Of a DNA stretch of 64,000 nt, positions 56,924-64,000 are shown in pieces. Position numbers and translations under genes: made by a program. Within the stretch, counting starts at the first letter, position 1. Each line of letters starts with the position of its first letter. A model generated the notes under the pieces. The model had not been told where the DNA came from and made no database searches. It worked only from the letters and a program-made list of their open reading frames with translations. This DNA is from an uncultured bacterium (GTDB lineage Bacteria > Patescibacteriota > Minisyncoccia > Phycocordibacterales > Phycocordibacteraceae): NCBI GenBank assembly GCA_947085985.1, contig CAMTYL010000003.1:362108-426107 (forward strand). Reading direction: 5' to 3'.

Positions 56924-57998
56924 ACTTAAGTATCTTTTGAGCTGGTGTTAAAAGATGTTCTGGCGTTTGGGACAAATTAGTGATTATGCGTTCAAAAGGA
57001 TTGAACGCGTGGCCTCCACCAAAGTTAGGAAGATTCAACTCTTCCGGCATCGCACCAAGAACTATCTTATATATAGCTTGCCCACCAAAGAAGGTCATGG
57101 TCGCAACAATCTGACCATCTTCAAGTACAAAGTTTATAAAATGCATTATTACTCTCCGACCTTCATCTCGCTCTAATTTTAGAACCGGGTCTTGAGTAAT
57201 CGAGACGATTATCTCTTTCATTACACCCTCGCCAGAATGTATGAAGTTTCGAATTTTATCGAAATGCTGGCTGAATAGGATATCCCTTTTACCATCCTGG
57301 ATAGCGCAGTATGCGAAATAATTAAAAGCTATTTTTGCAAAGACACGTGCCAAATCTCTATCGACTGAACAGGAATACTCCTCCTCAATAGTAATTTTGT
57401 CGCCAGGTTCAAACTGATGACCTTTAGATGCTTTTTCTTTGTAGTTAACTCCATACTCATGTAGCAAACTAATCATACTTTTTACTTCCTCTTGAGTCTC
57501 TCCGAAGATAGCAATGTCTTTCTGATCTAGTTTCTGCATGTCTGCAGAAAGCTTTTTAAACTCGCGTCCTCCTTTAGGGACTGAGCGCAGAGCTTCAGGT
57601 CTGAAAACCCGGAAACCACCCTTGAGTCTTCGAAGCTTTATCTGATTTTTTAAGGCAGGAACTATCCTGTTCTCTTTAGGTTCAAGAAACAGGAACATCT
57701 CATTGAAAAATTCATCCCCAAATCCATTCAATCGAGTGATTTTGAACTGATTATTTCTAATAGTGACACTTCCTCTACCATCCAGGTTAAGACGCTGCCC
57801 AAAAACACCCTCGCAAGTATCCTCTGTAAAGATAGTTTCGAGTCGGGTAAAGACCTCAGAATTGCATATGTCACACACGACATCTCCTTTGATTGTCGCG
57901 TTCGAATCGAAGGTTCCAAGACAGCGCGGCATTACATGTTCACGCGAATTGAAAGTCGTCTCTGGCTCACCCTTCAAGCAATATACGCATTGGGACAT
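56901..57998 (-). CDS. HNH-endonuclease-domain protein with uncharacterised C-terminal domain
   Basis: N-terminal CVYC...REHVMPRCLG...CDICN HNH/zinc-finger pattern. Confidence 0.6.
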   Translation of the reverse strand: MSQCVYCLKGEPETTFNSREHVMPRCLGTFDSNATIKGDVVCDICNSEVFTRLETIFTEDTCEGVFGQRLNLDGRGSVTIRNNQFKITRLNGFGDEFFNEMFLFLEPKENRIVPALKNQIKLRRLKGGFRVFRPEALRSVPKGGREFKKLSADMQKLDQKDIAIFGETQEEVKSMISLLHEYGVNYKEKASKGHQFEPGDKITIEEEYSCSVDRDLARVFAKIAFNYFAYCAIQDGKRDILFSQHFDKIRNFIHSGEGVMKEIIVSITQDPVLKLERDEGRRVIMHFINFVLEDGQIVATMTFFGGQAIYKIVLGAMPEELNLPNFGGGHAFNPFERIITNLSQTPEHLLTPAQKILKFGLYRRN

Positions 57999-58003
57999 AC
58001 GGC

Positions 58004-61000
58004 TTATAGCAAGTCACGAAACTCTTCAATCAAGCCAATTGACCCGAGATAGTGAATAAGGTCATTCGTGATTTTTATTGCTTCAGCATTTTCGGTAGCC
58101 TTAACCATCTTTATTACTTCACGGTATTCTTCCTTCTTATACAGATGCTCATATGTATCCCGCTCAGCACGAGCAATGAGGTCTAAAGTCGTAGTGGTTT
58201 CAACGGGAAATTCCATTGCGTAGGACTTAAGTTCTTCTGCAATCTCATATGGAACATCGATAACACCATCAATAAGCTGTAGCGTCTTAATGGTTCGCTC
58301 CAGTGTTTCTTTTTTCGGGAATGGACTAACCTTGAACCACCAGCCAAATTCCCTGATTTCTTCGGCATCAATCCTTTCCTTAGGTAGAGCAATCCTAGCG
58401 TCCCACAGCCTTCCTAGTCGCTCTTTGACGCTTTCCTTATCCTCAAAGGACTCGAGTTGCCGGAGGATAACTCTACCTATGAAGTTTATTGCTTCTGATC
58501 TTTGTTGTGCGGGTGCGTTCCTAAAGAAATGTTCAGTAAAATCATCATGCTCGGGTTCATTTGTGTAGACAATTGCTGCATGCTGAGCAAACCGTTGATC
58601 AACGTCAGCAGCTCGATAGCCTTTCTTTTCAGCGGTTCCAAGGTAAGGGACAAAGTCCTTGTACTGTTCCTTAAGGATTGTAAAGACCTCTTTGATTACA
58701 TTATTGGCGAGATACCCTTCCCAAGCAGCCCATAAGTACTCAGGTGAATTTTTATCAAAAATTTTATGCTTGTTTTCCTCAAGCCATGCCCCATTTAGAT
58801 AGGAGAAATTCGGAACTCTCCAACCATATACCGAACGAATAGCTAAAGACGGATCCTGAGTAGAGTCTAGATGTCTGTCTAACAATTCCTGCATGGCAGG
58901 AGTCATTTTGTTTTCAATAGTCTTATCTGAGAGATTACGCGCTGTCCATAGACCGAAATTAACTACGGCATGCATAGCTTCGCCTCGTACGGTATTTATC
59001 GCTAGGGTCATTGGATCTAGTCCACCCTCACTGTCACGTTTCTCATACTCAGTGGTTGGGTCCGGGTCTTCAGCAAGATTAGTTATGATTTCCCATACCC
59101 TATCCTGAAAATTAATAGGTACTTCGCAACTATTCTTACCAAGGGCCTCTCCCAAGAAATCCGCAATCGCTAAGCGTACTGATTTCCAATCTTGTTCGTC
59201 ATTTGCTGGACTTACATCTGTCTCGTCTTTAACTACAACTCGGTATAGCAGTTCAATGACTTCTTCCCATGCAAAGCATTTATCTTTCCTTAAAGATTCT
59301 TTAAGGCCGTGGACCAGATGATAGAAAAAGATGGGGCGGATTTTCTTCTCGAAAAGCAGACCAAGCACCGCCACATACTTTTCGGGATTCTGAGCAACGA
59401 GTTCAGCAAAAATCATACCTAGACCTCCAGTCGAGTGCCTACCAAACGGGTCATCAGGTATTTTGTAGTCAACAAAATATTGCAAAGTCTCCTTCGCATC
59501 TAACCTTGCTAGGTCTTCTGAAGAAATGGGACTTTTACCCCCGTCCCACATAACCATCTCGCCGTCATGATCAGTTGGCTCACCATACTCTTTGACGATA
59601 CCTTGATACTCGTCTGCTTCCTTGACAGGGAGATTCTCCCCTATCGCCCTTAGGTAGAGTCCCTTCCAATCTGATTTAACCCGCTCGAATTCTTCTTCTG
59701 TGAGAGTGTCGTTTTTCTTAAACTCAGGACCTTCCTCAATAACCTTCAAAATCGAGTCTTTTGCTTCAGGTGACAGATTCCCAAACTGCAATCGCAGCAA
59801 AGGTAGGTATTCTCTCCGCAAATTGTATGAAATCGTGACCTTTCTCTCAGTCAGAATTTCTTCGATTTCCTTTGGAAACGGCTTGGGGTTCAATATGTAG
59901 GTCCAAAGCTCAATTCGTCTAAAAAGAGCCCACGGGTGAGATTTGAGAATCGTAACGAAATCTCTCATAACCTCATGATTATCCTTATTTTCCTCAATTA
60001 GCTTTATAACCCCATCAAGGAGCGTATCCTTTGCGTCGTCTCTACTGTGCCTAGACGACCTTAAGTTCGGACGCCATATATGAGAATACTCATAGTACGT
60101 ATCATCCGATTTATCTATCCTATCTTCTAGTTCTAACGCTTGGCGCAATTTAGATGTAAGTACTGCAAACAAACCTTTTGGATCAACCTTTGCCAATTCG
60201 ACAGTTTTCTCTTTAATAATTTCCCCAAACCTCCATTCGTCGAAATATGGCTTTGCGTCACGCCCAATGAAACGCATCGGACCCTCCTCATCGTCAGTTG
60301 CTGGTTTATCTACTTTTGTATCGAGTAGAACATTCGCTAGTTTTAAGGCTTCCTTAACCTTTCCTTCTTTTGCCAGCTTCTCCATCAACTCAGCAACTTT
60401 GTCAGGCAAAAGTAGATTATACGAATTTTGTATCCACTTATTCTTACAAATTAGGTCTACGTACTTCACTGCGACATCTGCAGGTGACTTAAGCGCCATT
60501 GATACAAAATCGTCCAATACAGACTGATTGTCGGAATTTAAGTTCTTAACAATGTCGAAGACAACTTCTGGCTTTTGCTCAGCCACCTTCAGTAAGTACT
60601 GAGATTCAGGCCAACCAACGAAACGAATATACCCTCCTTCCCTGAGGGGTTCTTGGGGCGCATTAAAAGCACCGACATCCCTCAGAGGCTCAAGCCAGTT
60701 CTGATTATCGCATCTCTCAAAAAAGTACTTTCTATGCTGTGGCTGAACAATTACTTTTGCGAGGATACTTAAATGCTCAGGAGTCGGATCATTAACAACT
60801 AAAAGCTTATCGATTTCAGCAACGCCATCAAAAAATGGAGTCTCGACCAAGACTTGGTATAGGAGGTCCTCGTACCTCCAAACCATCAATTCAAACTCCC
60901 TTTCAAGAATTCCAGCAATTTGTTTATTCTTGAGATCATCGTGCTTTGAACCTTTATGAAAGAAGGTCTGCACCTCAATCCAATCTTCAACAAACTTTCT

Positions 61001-61384
61001 TCTTAAGTATTCAGGCAGTGCGCTTCTATCTGCGTGCCTGCTGAGTAAATCTTGAAGCATTTGCTTCTGGCCGCCGGTATTCGCTACCTGAACTGACTCA
61101 TCTTTGGCTAGCAATGGGATGCCTTTGAAGTAACGTGGCAAGATTGCAGTCAGCTCACGAGCAGAATGTGACACTTGGCCAATGCGGTCGGGATTTCTTT
61201 TGTTATTAAAAGTGATTACTAATCCCTCATAAATCCCCGCCAACTTCTTGCACAGCTCTGGAGACTCTGAATCTAGTCTTAATAAAGCGTCGCGGATTTT
61301 CTTTTGCCTCACTTCGGCGGACGACAAAACATCTTCAGTATCAACTGAGTTTTCCAAGCCCTCGTCTTTAAATTGGTCCGCCAC
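58004..61384 (-). CDS. Large uncharacterised protein (1126 aa), predominantly alpha-helical, no NTPase motifs detected by eye
   Basis: Long AT-rich ORF with uniform coding signal; no Walker A/B, no known domain recognised. Confidence 0.55.
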   Translation of the reverse strand: MADQFKDEGLENSVDTEDVLSSAEVRQKKIRDALLRLDSESPELCKKLAGIYEGLVITFNNKRNPDRIGQVSHSARELTAILPRYFKGIPLLAKDESVQVANTGGQKQMLQDLLSRHADRSALPEYLRRKFVEDWIEVQTFFHKGSKHDDLKNKQIAGILEREFELMVWRYEDLLYQVLVETPFFDGVAEIDKLLVVNDPTPEHLSILAKVIVQPQHRKYFFERCDNQNWLEPLRDVGAFNAPQEPLREGGYIRFVGWPESQYLLKVAEQKPEVVFDIVKNLNSDNQSVLDDFVSMALKSPADVAVKYVDLICKNKWIQNSYNLLLPDKVAELMEKLAKEGKVKEALKLANVLLDTKVDKPATDDEEGPMRFIGRDAKPYFDEWRFGEIIKEKTVELAKVDPKGLFAVLTSKLRQALELEDRIDKSDDTYYEYSHIWRPNLRSSRHSRDDAKDTLLDGVIKLIEENKDNHEVMRDFVTILKSHPWALFRRIELWTYILNPKPFPKEIEEILTERKVTISYNLRREYLPLLRLQFGNLSPEAKDSILKVIEEGPEFKKNDTLTEEEFERVKSDWKGLYLRAIGENLPVKEADEYQGIVKEYGEPTDHDGEMVMWDGGKSPISSEDLARLDAKETLQYFVDYKIPDDPFGRHSTGGLGMIFAELVAQNPEKYVAVLGLLFEKKIRPIFFYHLVHGLKESLRKDKCFAWEEVIELLYRVVVKDETDVSPANDEQDWKSVRLAIADFLGEALGKNSCEVPINFQDRVWEIITNLAEDPDPTTEYEKRDSEGGLDPMTLAINTVRGEAMHAVVNFGLWTARNLSDKTIENKMTPAMQELLDRHLDSTQDPSLAIRSVYGWRVPNFSYLNGAWLEENKHKIFDKNSPEYLWAAWEGYLANNVIKEVFTILKEQYKDFVPYLGTAEKKGYRAADVDQRFAQHAAIVYTNEPEHDDFTEHFFRNAPAQQRSEAINFIGRVILRQLESFEDKESVKERLGRLWDARIALPKERIDAEEIREFGWWFKVSPFPKKETLERTIKTLQLIDGVIDVPYEIAEELKSYAMEFPVETTTTLDLIARAERDTYEHLYKKEEYREVIKMVKATENAEAIKITNDLIHYLGSIGLIEEFRDLL

Positions 61385-61436
61385 AGACCAATTTTATCAT
61401 TTTTGGCCTGATTTATAGCCCTGTGGGGTACGCGTC

Positions 61437-61703
61437 TTAACGTACACTCTTGTGCCTATGGTCAGACGGTCGGCCAATGAAGTAGCTGTAGTCCTTCATA
61501 AAAAGCTGGCACAAAATAATCAGGTCATGAATCTTGAGGCTGCGCTCCCCACTCTCAATCAAGGAGATAGCTGTCGGCGATTCGTATTCTAGAAGGCTCG
61601 CAAGGTTTGTTTGCGAGTAGCCCGCCTCCACGCGGCAGTCCCTAATCTTCTGTCCGATTTCCCTATCCAGGTCTTTGAAGGTCGCTTTCTTTGTCATATC
61701 CAC
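61437..61703 (-). CDS. XRE-family helix-turn-helix transcriptional regulator
   Basis: IRDCRVEAGYSQTNLASLLEYESPTAISLIESGERSLKIHDL HTH_3 pattern. Confidence 0.7.
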   Translation of the reverse strand: MDMTKKATFKDLDREIGQKIRDCRVEAGYSQTNLASLLEYESPTAISLIESGERSLKIHDLIILCQLFMKDYSYFIGRPSDHRHKSVR

Positions 61704-61810
61704 ACTATATCTCTATTGACCAAGTTTACCAATTTGATAAACTTGTAACGGAGTTCCCGGAGGAGGTAGCAAAAAAGCATGACGTGCGATTAATCATTAT
61801 CTTTTTTGCT

Positions 61811-63088
61811 ATGTCCCATAAACTAACTTGGACTACGGTCCAGAAGCGGGTGGACGATCTCGTCCCCCAGGAGGTAAATCCTCGCATTATTACCGACAAG
61901 CAGATGTCGGACCTGAAGCGCAGTCTCAAGAAGTTCAATCTTGTTGAGGTTCCCGCAATCGATATGAACGGCAAGATACTTGCCGGGCATCAGCGTATCA
62001 AAGCATTGCAGCTCCTCGGCCGTGGAAACGAACTTATCGATGTTCGTATTCCAAACCGCAAGCTCACGAAGCAGGAGTCAGACGAATACCTCCTTGCTTC
62101 CAACAAGCTTGGCGGAGACTGGGACTTTGAACTTCTGAAGTCCTTCGATCTCGGAACGCTTGAGTTCGCAGGGTTCGATGATGTCGAGCTCGCGGAAATC
62201 TGGGACGAGGATAAGTCTGTCGAAGATGACAGCTTCGATGTAGAAAAGGAACTTAAGAAGATTAAGGAGCCGGACACAAAGCTTGGTGACCTTATCACGC
62301 TCGGGAACCACCGTATCCTCTGTGGCGACTCAACCAAGCCCGAGAATCTGAAGCGTCTCCTCGGCACCGAGAAGGCGGTAATGATTTATTCGGACCCCGT
62401 CTACAACATTGATATCGATTACAACGGCGGTATCAGCGGCAAGCAGAAGTACGGCGGTGATGTGAATGACACCCGTACGTTCGAGGAATACCGTACATTC
62501 CTTAAGAGGAGTCTTGAGGCGGCACTCGCCGTATCTGCTACAGACACTCATGTCTTCTACTGGTGCGACCAGGTGTACATCGGCGTACTTCAGGAGCTAT
62601 ACCGTAGCCTCGGCATTGCGAACAAGCGAGTGTGCCTTTGGCTTAAGAACAGCCAGAATCCTGTTCCCTCTGTAGCGTTCAATAAGGCGTATGAGCCTGT
62701 GGTGTACGGCGTTCGCGGGAAGCCGTATCTGGCTGAAGCGGTTACGACTCTGAACGAAGTACTGAATAAGGAAATGGGTACGGGGAATGAACTTCTAGAG
62801 CAGGTAGAGGATGTCTGGATGGCGAAGCGTCTTTCCGGCAAGGATTATGAGCACGCGACCTCGAAGCCGCCCCAGCTTCACGAGAAGGCTATCAAGCGGT
62901 GTACGAAGCCAGGAGACATAATCCTCGACAGCTTCCTTGGTTCAGGTAGTACCCTCATTGCAGGAGAAGCACTCGGACGGAAGGTGTATGGTTGCGAACT
63001 TGAGCCTGCATTCTGCGACCTCATGATTCGCCGGTATGAGAAGCTGACCGGCGCAAAGGCAAAGGTAAAGAGGTATGAAGAAGACTAA
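61811..63088 (+). CDS. ParB-like nuclease domain fused to DNA N6-adenine/N4-cytosine methyltransferase (beta-class, orphan)
   Basis: ParB-N region ...VEVPAIDMNGKILAGHQRIKALQLL; MTase motif IV SDPVYN (D/SPPY) and motif I ILDSFLGSGST. Confidence 0.75.
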   Translation: MSHKLTWTTVQKRVDDLVPQEVNPRIITDKQMSDLKRSLKKFNLVEVPAIDMNGKILAGHQRIKALQLLGRGNELIDVRIPNRKLTKQESDEYLLASNKLGGDWDFELLKSFDLGTLEFAGFDDVELAEIWDEDKSVEDDSFDVEKELKKIKEPDTKLGDLITLGNHRILCGDSTKPENLKRLLGTEKAVMIYSDPVYNIDIDYNGGISGKQKYGGDVNDTRTFEEYRTFLKRSLEAALAVSATDTHVFYWCDQVYIGVLQELYRSLGIANKRVCLWLKNSQNPVPSVAFNKAYEPVVYGVRGKPYLAEAVTTLNEVLNKEMGTGNELLEQVEDVWMAKRLSGKDYEHATSKPPQLHEKAIKRCTKPGDIILDSFLGSGSTLIAGEALGRKVYGCELEPAFCDLMIRRYEKLTGAKAKVKRYEED

Positions 63089-63518
63089 GAAGGTTGTAGA
63101 GAAATTCTTAGCTGAACTTGAGCGCACCCCTATCGTTGGAGCTGCGTGTGAAAAGACAGGACTCTCACGCAATACGGTATATCGCTGGAGGAAGGAGGAT
63201 CGTGAATTCGCCGCTCACTTTGATTACTCACTCTACCAAGGAATCGCGGTTGTGAGTGACGTGGCTGAAAGCAACGTACTCAACGGTATCAAGAACAAGG
63301 ACGCTGGCTACACCAAGTTCTGGTTGAGTAGCAGGCACCCGGCATATCGAAAGGTCTTCTTTAATCGAGAAGAAAAGCGAAAGAACCCTTTGGCTGATCC
63401 TGCGGAGCAAGCTCGCGTAAAGAAGGAGGTAAAGAGAATCTTTAGGGAGTGGGATGCATATGGACCCAAGGGCCCTCCACCTGATGAGCCAGAGGACAAG
63501 AAGCGTAAGAAGTCCTAA
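63075..63518 (+). CDS. Phage terminase small subunit-like HTH protein
   Basis: N-terminal ...AACEKTGLSRNTVYRWRKEDREF... typical TerS HTH; basic C-terminus. Confidence 0.5.
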   Translation: MKKTKKVVEKFLAELERTPIVGAACEKTGLSRNTVYRWRKEDREFAAHFDYSLYQGIAVVSDVAESNVLNGIKNKDAGYTKFWLSSRHPAYRKVFFNREEKRKNPLADPAEQARVKKEVKRIFREWDAYGPKGPPPDEPEDKKRKKS

Positions 63519-64000
63519 AGTACCTTTTCTCCGTCGAAGACAATGCTTTCAGGTTTCCAGCTTTGAGGATTTGAGAGGTCTTCCCTGCTTGCTCCCGAGT
63601 AGACCATCACTACTTCCCAACTGGAGCGAATCGTTGCACCGAACCCATTCTGACTATCAACACACGATGTGACCCTGAATCGATTGTCGCCGAGGTCTTG
63701 CGTCGCCGCATCGCAGAAATCTGCTGTTGAGGGAGACTTGAGAATGTTCAGAACGTAGTCCTCGGCGTAGGTGCTTGGATAGACTGTCTCTGCGATTGGT
63801 CTCGGAGCAGGTTCAGAACCAGTGTCTGAAACTATCGCTATAAGAATCGGAGAGGCAATCAGAACTACGAGAAATACTTTAATGAGATTCGACATCGGCT
63901 TGCGAATAGCACTCCGACAGTTCGGACACTTCTTCGCTAAAGCAGATATATCTGATTGGCACTGCGGACACTTAACAGTGTCCGTTGTTTGCTTGTCCAT
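63515..64000 (-). CDS. Zinc-ribbon membrane-anchored protein (CxxC-x11-CxxC, one TM, extracellular domain)
   Basis: MDKQTTDTVKCPQCQSDISALAKKCPNCRS then TM helix; ATG at 64000. Confidence 0.45.
   Translation of the reverse strand: MDKQTTDTVKCPQCQSDISALAKKCPNCRSAIRKPMSNLIKVFLVVLIASPILIAIVSDTGSEPAPRPIAETVYPSTYAEDYVLNILKSPSTADFCDAATQDLGDNRFRVTSCVDSQNGFGATIRSSWEVVMVYSGASREDLSNPQSWKPESIVFDGEKVL

Overview
This 64-kb window appears to come from an uncultivated-type bacterium. The backbone GC is about 55%, and a clearly AT-rich region occupies the last ~12 kb. The DGRs, small proteome and RG-rich RNA-metabolism proteins would fit a CPR/Patescibacteria-like lineage, but I cannot confirm this from sequence alone.

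Housekeeping backbone:
- groES and partial groEL, secG, an OppA-type solute-binding protein, RNase J and an MFS transporter.
- Two HhH-GPD glycosylases, a HAD hydrolase, Bcp, and VKOR plus a DsbA-like protein.
- MsrA and MsrB, a DEAD-box helicase, TypA/BipA, MltG and an SF1B helicase.
- An HlyD-RND efflux pair, class II CPD photolyase, pirin, a 1439-aa beta-helix surface protein with an internal ~0.9-kb tandem duplication, SAM-I riboswitch-metK, and DedA.

Most notable structures:
1. Two paralogous diversity-generating retroelement (DGR) cassettes sit at 20.3-22.9 kb and 49.4-52.1 kb. Each has an RT, an Avd gene encoded antisense between TR and RT, and its own TR/VR pair. All ~20-24 TR/VR mismatches sit on TR adenines. 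Each also has a 10-11-nt poly-C tract between the divergent RT and avd starts, and conserved leader, post-TR and post-VR hairpins.
2. A three-copy family of perfect 38-48-bp palindromes is built on the core ACTACCATATATGGTAGT. One copy sits in-frame inside a glycosylase gene.
3. A ~130-nt element is repeated at the 3' ends of two minus-strand genes.
4. The AT-rich region at ~52.4-64 kb looks like a mobile island. It carries a truncated serine recombinase abutting a truncated hydrolase, an APH-like kinase, a ParB-DNA methyltransferase fusion, a terminase small subunit, and an uncharacterised XRE / 1126-aa / HNH / 4-TM operon. I flag that operon as a candidate novel defence or abortive-infection module.

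No CRISPR array, rRNA or convincing tRNA was seen.
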